A stretch of DNA of 64,000 nucleotides, from assembly GCA_037189585.1 (NCBI GenBank), contig JBBCJA010000018.1:887-64886 (forward strand), read 5' to 3'. The notes under the pieces are model-generated. The model ran no database searches. It saw nothing but the letters and a program-made list of their open reading frames with translations, and had not been told where the DNA came from. Positions 37,654 to 47,213 of the stretch are shown piece by piece; within the stretch, counting starts at the first letter, position 1; every line of letters begins with the position of its first letter. The position numbers were made by a program, and so were the translations under genes. This stretch comes from Selenomonadaceae bacterium (GTDB taxonomy: Bacteria; Vulcanimicrobiota; Xenobia; Xenobiales; JADMJV01).

Positions 37654-38538
37654 ATGTCGCTTGCCAACAACGGAGAACTCTCAATGAACCGACGAAGATT
37701 CATCGCGGTGGGAATCGACCTGGGCGCGACCCTGGGTTCGCTTATCGTAGCCAAAGGCTCCGATGCTCAGATTCTCTCGAAAGGCAAGGACGACAAGACT
37801 GTGGAGAAAGCTCGAATTTTTATAACCGGCTCAGCTGACGGGCTAGGCTACGCCGCGGCCGAGACACTGCTTACCGCGGGACATGAGGTCGTCATCCACG
37901 TCCGGTCTAGCGCGCGCCTGTCTGCCGTGAAAGACCTGGTGGGTCAAGGTGCTGTCGCGACAATCGGAGACCTTTCCAAGCTCGACCAGATACGCGATCT
38001 CGCGAGGCAGGTCAACGAGCTCGGTCGGATGGACGCGGTGATCCACAACGCGGGCATTCTCTCCGGCCCGCGACTGCTCGTCGTCAACGTCGTGGCTCCG
38101 TATCTACTCACAGCGCTGCTCCAGCGCCCTCAACGGCTGATCTATCTGAGCAGCAGCATGCACACGGGAGGTCAGGCAAGTCTAACCGGCATGGATTGGT
38201 CTGGTCGTTCCTCCACCGGCTCTTATTCGGACAGTAAGCTGTTCGTCACGACTCTGGCGGCGGCGGTCGCCCGGCTTTGGCCGGACGTTTTGAGCAACGC
38301 GGTCGATCCGGGTTGGGTTCCCACCAAGATGGGAGGAGCCAATGCGCCGGACGATCTGCGGCTAGGACATCTGACGCAAGAATGGCTTGCCACCAGCAAC
38401 GACCCAGAGGCGCTGACCAGCGGGGGATACTGGTATCACCAAAAACTCCGGAAGCCGCACTCTTCTGTTCATGACACAAAATTCCAGGATCAGCTGCTGG
38501 CCGAGCTCGCCCGTGTCACGGACACTCCACTGAGGTAA
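37654..38538 (+). CDS. Short-chain dehydrogenase/reductase with Tat-like signal peptide
   Basis: RRRFIAVG twin-arginine motif. TGSADGLGYAAA Rossmann. NAGI. Confidence 0.7.
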   Translation: MSLANNGELSMNRRRFIAVGIDLGATLGSLIVAKGSDAQILSKGKDDKTVEKARIFITGSADGLGYAAAETLLTAGHEVVIHVRSSARLSAVKDLVGQGAVATIGDLSKLDQIRDLARQVNELGRMDAVIHNAGILSGPRLLVVNVVAPYLLTALLQRPQRLIYLSSSMHTGGQASLTGMDWSGRSSTGSYSDSKLFVTTLAAAVARLWPDVLSNAVDPGWVPTKMGGANAPDDLRLGHLTQEWLATSNDPEALTSGGYWYHQKLRKPHSSVHDTKFQDQLLAELARVTDTPLR

Positions 38539-38589
38539 CCTATCCAGCGTCACTCGACTTTAATTAGGCGCCTTACTAAATATCAACTC

Positions 38590-39112
38590 ATGAGCATGCT
38601 TGCGCGGAAACATCTTGCCTTGCTGGAGGGAGCCGAGCGTCGGACCTTTGCCGATACCGATAATATACGCGCATGTTTCGAGATACTGGCACTTGCTGGC
38701 GCGATTGACAGAGATTGCGCTGTTCGACTTGCTCCCTTCCATCTTTCAGAGGGCAAGTTCGTGCTCTTAATTTTCTTCTGCACGAGCAACCTGACGGTCT
38801 GTCAACTCACGAATTGAAAGGGCGGGTGTGACGCGCGCCACGATTACCGGGCTACTCGATGGCCTTGAGCGCGATGGCTTCGTCGCGCGACGCACCAGTC
38901 TAGACGGTCGACGGAGAATCACGGTCGTTCTGACCGAGCATGGGCGGAAGACTACGCACGAGCTTCTTGACAGCCACAACACGTGGATAGCCTCTCTTTT
39001 CGGGGAATTTACCACCAACGATCTCCAAACACTCCATGCACTCCTTCGACGCATCTGGAAAAATCTCGACGCTGGTGAGAAACCAGAAGAGAGACAAGAG
39101 CCCCGGTCATGA
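38590..39112 (+). pseudogene. MarR-family regulator disrupted by a frameshift (N-part 38590..38817 in frame 1, C-part 38828..39112 in frame 2)
   Basis: N-terminal MarR-like LSEGKFVLLIFFC.SNLTVCQL, then stop. The winged-helix continues (RATITGLLDGLERDGFV) in another frame. Confidence 0.55.
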
Positions 39113-39648
39113 GCGGTGGCGCCGTCCAGAGAATTCCGGCAGATCGACTTGCGCGAATCAATGCTGGGGAAGAAGCCGCCACGCTGGCCGAATGCCTTGC
39201 TGTCGATTTTGCAGAGCTCTTGAGTCATGTCTTGCCGGAAATAGGGAACGATGCCCTAGCCGAGATGAGACAAGCTGCATCAGTCGGCATCTCCCGACGT
39301 ATGCCCCTTGCCGCTCGCTTAATCACGGATCGACTCGGGTTTTCCGCTCAAGAACAACTTGCAGAACACTCGTCGGACACGGCGCGCGGCTGGGCCTGCT
39401 TTATGCTCGGCGCCGGCGAAGGAATGGACCTCCCCCAGCGGCTTGCGGCGATCAGGCCCTATGCCGATGCTCGACATTTCGGTGTACGCGAATGGGCATG
39501 GATGGCGGTTCGTCCCCACCTTGCGGCCGAACTTGAACTCGCGATCCCTTTGCTAGTCGGCGACTGGACATCTGACCCATCCGAGCGTATCCGCCGCTTT
39601 GCCTCGGAAGCTCTCCGGCCACGCGGTGTCTGGAGACAACAACGATGA
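39109..39648 (+). CDS. HEAT-like DNA alkylation repair-like protein (weak assignment)
   Basis: C-terminal GVREWAWMAV...DWTSDPSERIRRFASEALRP resembles AlkD-family tails. Confidence 0.3.
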   Translation: MSGGAVQRIPADRLARINAGEEAATLAECLAVDFAELLSHVLPEIGNDALAEMRQAASVGISRRMPLAARLITDRLGFSAQEQLAEHSSDTARGWACFMLGAGEGMDLPQRLAAIRPYADARHFGVREWAWMAVRPHLAAELELAIPLLVGDWTSDPSERIRRFASEALRPRGVWRQQR

Positions 39649-40256
39649 AGGCAAACCCACTGACTTACGAAGGTAAAGTAGCCCTTGTCACCGGAGCGGC
39701 TTCCGGTATGGGGCTGGCCACAGCCCAAGCTTTCGCGGAAGCTGGAGCCGCAGTCGTTCTCGCCGACTACCGAGTGGAGCTCGTCGAGCAGGAGGCCGAG
39801 AAGCTGCGGGCTTCCGGCGCGCAAGCTTTGGCGCTCGCCTGTGACGTGAGCGACGAGGCGTAGGTTGCCGCCATGATGGAACGGACGGTGGCCGAGTTTG
39901 GCCGCCTGGATGCCGCTTTCAATAACGCGGGCGTCATGGCCAAGCTGGCCCCCACCGCGGAGAGCACCCTCGAAGAATGGAACCGCGTTATCAACATCAA
40001 CCTGCGCGGCGTTTGGGCCTGCCTGAAACACGAGATCCTCCAGATGCAGAAGCAAGGAAGCGGCGCGATAGTCAACAACGCCTCGGTCGGCGCTCTGACC
40101 GGCACCGGGTATTCCTTCCTACATTGCCTCGAAACACGGCGTGATCGGGTTGATCCCGAGGACTCTTCGGAAGATAGGCTCTGCTACTTTGGAGGAAATT
40201 CTGACAAACGGAGAAATGTCTATCCAATGTATAGACAGAAGTATAGCTCTCTATGA
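39645..40256 (+). pseudogene. SDR-family oxidoreductase pseudogene: in-frame TAG at 39861-39863 plus a frameshift before the YxxxK site
   Basis: VALVTGAASGMGLA...CDVSDEA-TAG-VAAMMERTVAEFGRLDAAFNNAG...NNASVGALTG, then YIASKHGVIGL only in the +1 frame. Confidence 0.6.
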
Positions 40257-40495
40257 GAGCCAGGGTTACCAAGTGGGGAAATAGCCTGGGCTTGCGACTC
40301 CCCAAAGCTCTCTCCCAGCAACTTGGCATTGAGGAAGACGGATACGTGGAGATGGAGGTCTTCCAAGGGCAGTTAGTGATCCGGCCCTCCTCTCCCCCTC
40401 CGCTTTCTCTGGAAGAACTGGTCGGCCGCATTACCCCTGAGAATCGGCACGAAGAGATGGATTGGGGCGGGGCCGTGGGAGCCGAATTTTGGTAG
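40253..40495 (+). CDS. mazE: MazE/PemI antitoxin (AbrB/SpoVT fold)
   Basis: VTKWGNSLGLRLPKALSQQLGI. Confidence 0.8.
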   Translation: MRARVTKWGNSLGLRLPKALSQQLGIEEDGYVEMEVFQGQLVIRPSSPPPLSLEELVGRITPENRHEEMDWGGAVGAEFW

Positions 40496-40827
40496 CAGGC
40501 TATGTTCCCCAACGGGGAGATCTTGTTTGGATAGACTTTGACCCACAAAAAGGGCGTGAGCAGAGAGGGCGGCGCCCGGCCCTGGTTCTTTCTCCTCAAG
40601 AGTACAACCTCAAGAGTGCCCTGGCCTGGTTCTGCCCCGTCACCTCGAAGGTCAAGGGATATCCATTCGAGGTCCCCCTACCCGAAGGACAAAAGATCCA
40701 GGGAGTGATTCTGACTGACCAGGTCCGCAGCCTAGACTACAAAGGGCGGCGGGCTGAGTTTATCGCACGTGTAGACAACGAGATTTGCCAAGCCGCCCTG
40801 GCTCGTGCCAGAACACTTTTGAGTTAG
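40462..40827 (+). CDS. mazF: MazF/PemK endoribonuclease toxin
   Basis: YVPQRGDLVWIDFDPQKGREQRGRRPALVLSP...KGYPFEV closely parallels E. coli MazF. Confidence 0.85.
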   Translation: MGRGRGSRILVAGYVPQRGDLVWIDFDPQKGREQRGRRPALVLSPQEYNLKSALAWFCPVTSKVKGYPFEVPLPEGQKIQGVILTDQVRSLDYKGRRAEFIARVDNEICQAALARARTLLS

Positions 40828-40838
40828 TTTGTCTGGCA

Positions 40839-42383
40839 TCAGCGTCCATCCCATCGCCGCAGAGGGGTCCAATCGGGCGGTGGCTGAAGCTGGGCGTTAC
40901 TGCCCACGATCACGTCCTGACTGACCTGCCAGTACTTCTGGACGTGGTGGGAAAGGTTATGAACGGCTCCCGTGTTGGGATTGATGAAGTCGTCCCGCTC
41001 GTTGATGCCATTGACCGTGTGGTGCTGCATCGTGTTGAAGGTGTTGCTCTGATTCTGCCAGCCGCTCATCTGCATGTCTCCCATCGCCATGTTGTTCTGA
41101 TGGATCTGAGTGTTGGACTGGCCCACCATGGCGATGTCGTTCATCCGCTGCTGATGCAGTGAGTTATTGAGATTAGCCCACTGGTTGTTGAGCTGACTCT
41201 GCTGAAACATCTGGTTTCCGAACATCGCTGAGGAGCGAGCCTGCTCGTTTTGTTTCCAAGCGGGATTGCTCTCCACACTTTGGGCTACACCTAGAAAGAC
41301 CGCCTCAAACTTCGGCATAAGAACAGCCGGCGCCTGATACCAGTAGGTATGGCCGCCCATCCAGCGGCCGGTGTTTCCCAGTGGAAAGCCACCCAGCTTG
41401 AGTACCCGAATGATGTCTCCCGGGAGCCAGATACGGACTTCAGCCTGGTCGGGCTTACCTTGGTCGGTGTAGCTTAACATGCGACAGCCCGGCATACTCT
41501 GCTGCCAGCGCGGCCACAACACATGCTCCACCGCCGGACGCAAACCATGAAAGGGACAGATGGTCTCCCCCATCGCTTGGGCCATCCCATGACCCGCGTT
41601 CGAGACCAGGCGGCCCAGCATACCGAAGAGCCCTTCATCCGGAGCCGCCTGACGCGGCAGCTCTCCCTGAATAAAGGTCTGATACTCAGGCTCGAGAGCC
41701 AAAAAGATATGCCCCGAAGACTCAGCGAAAACGCGGGCCATCGGCTGGCGCATCCCGGTCATGCTCGGCGGCGGTACCAGGCGTGACTGGCATTGCCATC
41801 CCAGCGGAAGGTCCAAGACGAAGGCGCCTTCCTGAGGTTCACACCAGCGCTGCCTTGGGATCGGCGCGATGGGATTGAGAGAGGCGAGCATCTTTCCGAA
41901 CTGGGTCTCCAGTTCGCCTTGAAAGTTGGGGCGGCTCCGCCCTACCGCCAGTGTCCCCCCTTGCGGTGTTAAGTGCACGGAGATCACCCCTCGCCACTCC
42001 GGCCCTTCGAAAGCAGCTCTGAGATAGCTGTCGCTACTCCCCTCGAGAATCTCGCCTTGATGTCCAGGCAAGGTCGCAAGATACAACTCCGCGTGCTGAG
42101 CGGCGTTTATCATGGTCTGGGCCGGGAGAAGAACGAGCTCGAGTTGGGCTAAGAGCTCGGGGCCCTGAAAGGTTACCCCGGCTCCTTCTGAAGCAACCGC
42201 CTCCCATCCGTCCGGGGAAACGGTCGCGAACCCACGCCAGGCATTCTGGTAAAGCTGATATCCCGGCTCGATGTCCGGCGCTTTCAAAATCGTGGCGGTA
42301 CTCGGCGCACCGCATCGCTGGCAAGCGGTCTGCTCCCGAAGAACCTCCCCATCGCAATGCTGACAAAAAGACTTCAAAATCAT
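40839..42383 (-). CDS. Zinc-ribbon protein with Q/N-rich C-terminal low-complexity (prion-like) region
   Basis: N-terminal CQHCDGEV...CQRCG. C-terminal ~120 aa rich in Q/N/M (NQMFQQSQLNNQWANLNNSLHQQ...). Confidence 0.5.
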   Translation of the reverse strand: MILKSFCQHCDGEVLREQTACQRCGAPSTATILKAPDIEPGYQLYQNAWRGFATVSPDGWEAVASEGAGVTFQGPELLAQLELVLLPAQTMINAAQHAELYLATLPGHQGEILEGSSDSYLRAAFEGPEWRGVISVHLTPQGGTLAVGRSRPNFQGELETQFGKMLASLNPIAPIPRQRWCEPQEGAFVLDLPLGWQCQSRLVPPPSMTGMRQPMARVFAESSGHIFLALEPEYQTFIQGELPRQAAPDEGLFGMLGRLVSNAGHGMAQAMGETICPFHGLRPAVEHVLWPRWQQSMPGCRMLSYTDQGKPDQAEVRIWLPGDIIRVLKLGGFPLGNTGRWMGGHTYWYQAPAVLMPKFEAVFLGVAQSVESNPAWKQNEQARSSAMFGNQMFQQSQLNNQWANLNNSLHQQRMNDIAMVGQSNTQIHQNNMAMGDMQMSGWQNQSNTFNTMQHHTVNGINERDDFINPNTGAVHNLSHHVQKYWQVSQDVIVGSNAQLQPPPDWTPLRRWDGR

Positions 42384-42568
42384 ACAGTATCACCTTACCT
42401 TACAATTCTATCTCTTTCGGTGACGTCGGTCACGTGAGAAGGTGCAAGTCAATGGACGGACAGCCGTTAGCTCCGGTCCGACTCATGAGGCCGGTGACTC
42501 CGATAGGTCCTGTAGAGATTCGAGACCTCTTGGAATGAAGATTACCTGACACGGGCGAACGGGCCGGC

Positions 42569-43393
42569 ATGAAACGCGCGGCGCTGGTCTATGATTTTGA
42601 CGGAACCTTAGCACGGGGGAACATTCAGGAGCATTCTTTCATCCCCGGACTCGGCATCGAGATCGAGGATTTTTGGCAGCGCTCGAACGGGGCGGCCCGC
42701 GAGCACGACGCCGATCAGATTCTCACCTATATGTATGAGATGATGGTTCAGGCCAAGTCTCGTGGGCTGAAGCTGACCCGAGACTCTCTCTTAGAGCACG
42801 GTCGTACCGTGCCATTTTTCGACGGGGTGGAGAGTTGGTTCGGCCGGGTGAACGCCTATGCTCAGAGTCAGGGGCTTGCCCTGGAGCACTACGTCATCAG
42901 CTCGGGCATCCGCGAGATGATCCTCGGTTGCTCCGTCGCTCAGGAGTTCCGGCAGGTTTTCGCCTCGAGCTTTCTCTACAATGAAGAGGGAGAGGCGGTA
43001 TGGCCGGCCTTGAGTATCAACTACACTACCAAGACCCAATATCTGTTCCGCATCAACAAAGGTATCGACAACTGCTGGGACAACGAGGCCATCAACCGCT
43101 GGGTTCCTCCCGGAGACCGCCGTCTGCCCTTTGAGAACATGGTGTTTTTAGGCGACGGTGAAACGGATATCCCCTCGATGAAGATGGTACGTCATCAAGG
43201 CGGTTACGCCGTGGCCGTGTTCGACCCCGAGAAATGGGATAGGCTGCAGTCGCGCATTACCGGCCTGATCGCCGAAGACCGCACCAACTTCGTCGCCCCT
43301 GCTGACTATTCCGAGGGCAGTCAGCTGGAAGTCACCGTGCGCGGCCTCCTGGGGCGAATCGCCGGACCAAAAGAGTGTACGACATCTTTATGA
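42569..43393 (+). CDS. HAD-superfamily hydrolase
   Basis: YDFDGTL motif I. FLGDGETDIP motif IV. Confidence 0.7.
   Translation: MKRAALVYDFDGTLARGNIQEHSFIPGLGIEIEDFWQRSNGAAREHDADQILTYMYEMMVQAKSRGLKLTRDSLLEHGRTVPFFDGVESWFGRVNAYAQSQGLALEHYVISSGIREMILGCSVAQEFRQVFASSFLYNEEGEAVWPALSINYTTKTQYLFRINKGIDNCWDNEAINRWVPPGDRRLPFENMVFLGDGETDIPSMKMVRHQGGYAVAVFDPEKWDRLQSRITGLIAEDRTNFVAPADYSEGSQLEVTVRGLLGRIAGPKECTTSL
43242..43390 (+). repeat. Direct repeat copy 1 (3' end of HAD gene)
   Basis: ~150 nt, ~85-90% identical to 49149..49290. Confidence 0.7.
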
Positions 43394-43430
43394 AAGGGAA
43401 TCACGAATAGCCTTTGGGTCTCTCACCGCC

Positions 43431-44849
43431 TTGGCGGCTTTTCTTCTTTCTTGCTCGACCGCTGAAAGGAGCTTGAAGGCGGAACCGCCAGCCTTGGAAG
43501 CGAAGCGGCGGGGCATGACTAGAGCTCGTCGGGGTATGCTGGTGGCCGGGGTGCTGTTGGCTCTTCTTTTCCTGGGCGGCTGGCTGGCTGACCGGGCTTG
43601 GAACAGGCAGGCCGAGGAGGATGTTCGACGGAGGCTGCTCGATTCGCTGAGCAACGACCAGAGAAGAAAACTGCTCAATGTATCTAAAGACGAACTTCTA
43701 CGTCAGGTCTCTGGAATCGAACAAGAGCTCCAGTGGCTTCAGTCCACTCCATGGGGAGCCGAGGTATGGGAGCAAGGTCGTCTCTTGGGACAGACACCGA
43801 TGCCCCGACCCAAGGGCGACACGACCTTAGAACTTCGCACTCCGTGGCGAAGGGCGACGGTTGGTCCTGGGGAATTGCAGGCGACCCTCTCCCCAAATCT
43901 CCTCACCCTGAGCTTACGCCTGGCTGGGCTGCTGGGGTTGGCTCTCATCGGGCTATCCTTTCGCTCTCGTCCCGAGCCTATCGAAGCCGTCGAAACCGTC
44001 GAGGCAATCGAGGAACGAAAGCCCGTTGCCGAGTCGGATCGCTTTGGAGACTTCGAGAGACTAGAGCTCTGCGGCGAAGGAAGCATGGGTACTGTCTACC
44101 GCGCCCGTTCGAGCAAAGCCGACAATCGTTCGGTCTACGCGCTGAAGATTCTCCATCCCCAATGGAGCCAGGCAGAGGAATTTCGCCAACGCTTCGAGCG
44201 AGAGTACCACATCTGCCGGCAGCTCGATAGCGACCGAGTGGTGCGGGTTCACGCCCACGGCGAAAAGGACGGTCGACTTTGGATGGTCATGGATTTCGTC
44301 GAAGGCCCTACCTTGACCGAGTGGTTGGCTTCAACCCCTCGTCAGGAGTGTGAGATTCTAGAGATAGCCGTGGCTATCTGCGACGGACTCTCCTACGCCC
44401 ACGGCCTGGGTATCGTGCATCGCGATCTTAAGCCCGACAACATCCTTGTCAGCGGCGAGAGGTCGCCCGTGATCACCGACTTTGGACTGGCTCGCAGCCG
44501 CCACTACGCTACCATCACCCAGGCCCATACCGTGCTCGGAACCCCCGCCTATATCGCCCCTGAGCAAGTCGAAGGGTCCACCATCAACGGCCAAGCCGAT
44601 CTCTATTCTCTGGGCTGCATACTTTACGAAGCACTCGCCGGGAGACCACCGTTCCAAGGCGAGGCTATGCAAGTGGTGTTAGCTCAGCTCACCAAGCAGC
44701 CAGAGCCTCTCTCCGAGTACGTCAAGGTTTCTCCGGCCTGCGAGGCTTTAGTTCATCGCCTTTTGGCCAAAGACAAGTCGAGCCGCTACGCCTCCGCCGA
44801 AGAGGTGCGCCAAGATCTGCTGGCCGCCAATAAGGGCGCGATCGCTTGA
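43431..44849 (+). CDS. Hanks-type Ser/Thr protein kinase with N-terminal TM and coiled region
   Basis: [39 protein letters not shown]. Confidence 0.8.
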   Translation: MAAFLLSCSTAERSLKAEPPALEAKRRGMTRARRGMLVAGVLLALLFLGGWLADRAWNRQAEEDVRRRLLDSLSNDQRRKLLNVSKDELLRQVSGIEQELQWLQSTPWGAEVWEQGRLLGQTPMPRPKGDTTLELRTPWRRATVGPGELQATLSPNLLTLSLRLAGLLGLALIGLSFRSRPEPIEAVETVEAIEERKPVAESDRFGDFERLELCGEGSMGTVYRARSSKADNRSVYALKILHPQWSQAEEFRQRFEREYHICRQLDSDRVVRVHAHGEKDGRLWMVMDFVEGPTLTEWLASTPRQECEILEIAVAICDGLSYAHGLGIVHRDLKPDNILVSGERSPVITDFGLARSRHYATITQAHTVLGTPAYIAPEQVEGSTINGQADLYSLGCILYEALAGRPPFQGEAMQVVLAQLTKQPEPLSEYVKVSPACEALVHRLLAKDKSSRYASAEEVRQDLLAANKGAIA

Positions 44850-46129
44850 AGTCTCGCCAGTCGTTGATCAGGCTCCGCCCTCAGTAGCTTCTCCACTAAT
44901 TCCGCGAAAGCCGGTGGACAGTCGAGGCGCACTTGGGCCAACGGCCGATACCGCTCCTGAGCTTGCGCGGCTAAAATTTGTAGCCCTTCGCACTCGGCAT
45001 ATGGTCCAGCTCCACAAGCCCAGGCGTACAAAGTACATCCCAAGGCGTAGTAGTCCGAAGCGGCCACAGCGCTGCCTTGAAGCTGCTCAGGCGCCATAAA
45101 GCCCAAAGTTCCCGAATGGCCGCTAGTCTCTCCCTGCTCCGACAGCCGCCCAGCGACCCCGAAGTCGAGAAGATGGGCCTTCCCTCTTGCATCAATGATC
45201 ACGTTGGCAGGCTTAAGATCGCGATGCACGATACCCTTGTCGTGGGCGTAATCGAGCGCCGTGGCCAGTTGCTCCGCCCAAACCTCGAGCTGTGCGAACG
45301 ACGGCCTAACGATCTCCTCACTTCTTCTTCCTTCCACCAGTTCCGTGACGAGCCAGACAAAATCTGTGCTCTCGCCCCAGTCCAAAAGATGAACGATGTG
45401 CGGGTGGGAGAGAGTTCTCCAGACCTCCACTTCGTCGCGGAAGCGGTGACGCGCCTCTGGGTCATCGGTCCAATCGGAGCGCAATACCTTCATCGCCAGT
45501 GGCTCTCCCCCATCCAAGCGGCGCACACGGTAGACGCGGCTCATACCTCCCCGCCCAAGCTCTCCCTTGATTCTATAGCCGAACAGCTCCACTCCCGGGT
45601 GCAACTCTTTTCGAGCTAGCGACTCGCTCAGACGTCGCTGTCGGCGTAGAACCGGGCGAACCCTAAAGAACCCAAACCCGGCAAGGATGAGCACAACGGA
45701 AAGGAGCGGAGCGAAGTCGCGCGCCGCGTAGCACAGAGGCGACAGAACCCACCACCTGGAACGCATCTCCACCATCCGTTCACCCCGAGCGAGCTCCTCA
45801 GGGGAAAGATGAACCGTCTCTTCATGGTATCCTGGCAAGGAGAGAATTAAGGTAAAGTCCGCCCTCTCCTCAAGGCCGATAGGGAGAGGGCCTGGAGTGT
45901 ACCCAATGGGGTTTCTGTGGAATCCGCTCACGCTCATGGAGTAGGTATCGACTCTAGCGCCGCTCGGGCGGCTCCGGAGATAGATGGCCCCGAGAGCTTC
46001 TCTTTTGGGCCAAGAAAGCCAAATTTGCCCCAAGAGCAGAATGCAACTTATCGCGGCTATCCCATAAGTTTGACGACGCAACTTCTCCACTCCGGCTAGT
46101 GCAGCATTCGGCCAACACCTCCCTGCCAT
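44786..46129 (-). CDS. Ser/Thr protein kinase with N-terminal PEGA-like domain and TM
   Basis: [39 protein letters not shown]-terminal SRPSGARV...GYTPGPL. Confidence 0.8.
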   Translation of the reverse strand: MAGRCWPNAALAGVEKLRRQTYGIAAISCILLLGQIWLSWPKREALGAIYLRSRPSGARVDTYSMSVSGFHRNPIGYTPGPLPIGLEERADFTLILSLPGYHEETVHLSPEELARGERMVEMRSRWWVLSPLCYAARDFAPLLSVVLILAGFGFFRVRPVLRRQRRLSESLARKELHPGVELFGYRIKGELGRGGMSRVYRVRRLDGGEPLAMKVLRSDWTDDPEARHRFRDEVEVWRTLSHPHIVHLLDWGESTDFVWLVTELVEGRRSEEIVRPSFAQLEVWAEQLATALDYAHDKGIVHRDLKPANVIIDARGKAHLLDFGVAGRLSEQGETSGHSGTLGFMAPEQLQGSAVAASDYYALGCTLYAWACGAGPYAECEGLQILAAQAQERYRPLAQVRLDCPPAFAELVEKLLRAEPDQRLARLQAIAPLLAASRSWRTSSAEA

Positions 46130-46197
46130 CCGTGTGTTGAAGTCTTCAGTCGTGAAGTATTCTTCCCACCGGTGCGATCTGTTAAAATACCGCTGTC

Positions 46198-46602
46198 GTG
46201 AGGAAAAGGAGCAAATATGGATTCTCCTTAGCGGAGTTGATGCTCGCTTTTGTCGTGCTTTCCGTTCTCTCGGTCGTGCTTATCGGAGTCGTTCCCTCCA
46301 CGATTATCGGTCTCAAGGGGGCAAGCCAAAGGGCCAATGCGGCACTGCTGGCTCAAACCCAACTCGAGGAGCTTCGCCGCACCGGATTTAGCTCCGTCAC
46401 CCCGACTCTCGAACCGTATCCCACAGCCGTGATGGAGCGGACCGACTATACCTACCGAGTCGAGGTGGAAGAGGCCCGACTGAGCAGCGGAGAGGCCATG
46501 AGTCCTGATGTCGCCAAGCTAGCCAGCGTGGTGGTTGAGTGGCGGAGTAAGAGCGGACCCCAGACTTATACCGCCAGCGCGGTGATGTTCAAGCGGATAT
46601 GA
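46198..46602 (+). CDS. Prepilin-type minor pilin/pseudopilin
   Basis: [19 protein letters not shown] class III signal (G|FSLAE). Confidence 0.75.
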   Translation: MRKRSKYGFSLAELMLAFVVLSVLSVVLIGVVPSTIIGLKGASQRANAALLAQTQLEELRRTGFSSVTPTLEPYPTAVMERTDYTYRVEVEEARLSSGEAMSPDVAKLASVVVEWRSKSGPQTYTASAVMFKRI

Positions 46603-47213
46603 GCCGTCAAAGTGGAGTAAGCTTAGTGGAGGTCATGATCGCCGGCGGCCTCCTTTTACTCGTCACCGCGATGATGGTCGCTCTGCTCCTACCCTCCTTT
46701 TCTCTCTTCCGCAAACAGGGAGGGCAGTCGGATGCCTATCGCGTGTGTCTGCAAACCATCGAAAAATTTCGCCTGGAGATGCTCAACACTCAACTGGAAT
46801 GCCTTACTATCACCCCGGATCTGCAAGCCATCGCCTGGCAGGAGACTCTGGCGGATCCTCCTTTCTCCGTGACCAGTGGAGAGCCGCTCATGAATGACAT
46901 CTTCACAGTTTTGCACTACCGTGATCGACGAGTGCTAATAACGCGCAGCGAACCGAGTGGGACCGGAACCTCCACTATCCCCTCGCGACTGGGCCTTGAT
47001 GAGGTGATGGAATTGCGTGCTCGTCAAACGAGGACCCTGGCCCGCGATATCACCGCTTTTGAAGTTCGCGACAACGACCCGGACTCGCCCCTCACAACGC
47101 CTCCCATTCGTATGTCTTTGACCTGCACTATCGATACCAAGGGAAGAGCCAGCAACGACGAAGAGTCCTTTAAGATGAACGTAACCGTCACGCCGAGGAG
47201 CCAACGCTGGTGA
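46599..47213 (+). CDS. Prepilin-like minor pseudopilin (GspJ/PilW-like)
   Basis: SGVSLVEVMIAGGLLLLV. ATGA overlap with neighbours. Confidence 0.6.
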   Translation: MSRQSGVSLVEVMIAGGLLLLVTAMMVALLLPSFSLFRKQGGQSDAYRVCLQTIEKFRLEMLNTQLECLTITPDLQAIAWQETLADPPFSVTSGEPLMNDIFTVLHYRDRRVLITRSEPSGTGTSTIPSRLGLDEVMELRARQTRTLARDITAFEVRDNDPDSPLTTPPIRMSLTCTIDTKGRASNDEESFKMNVTVTPRSQRW

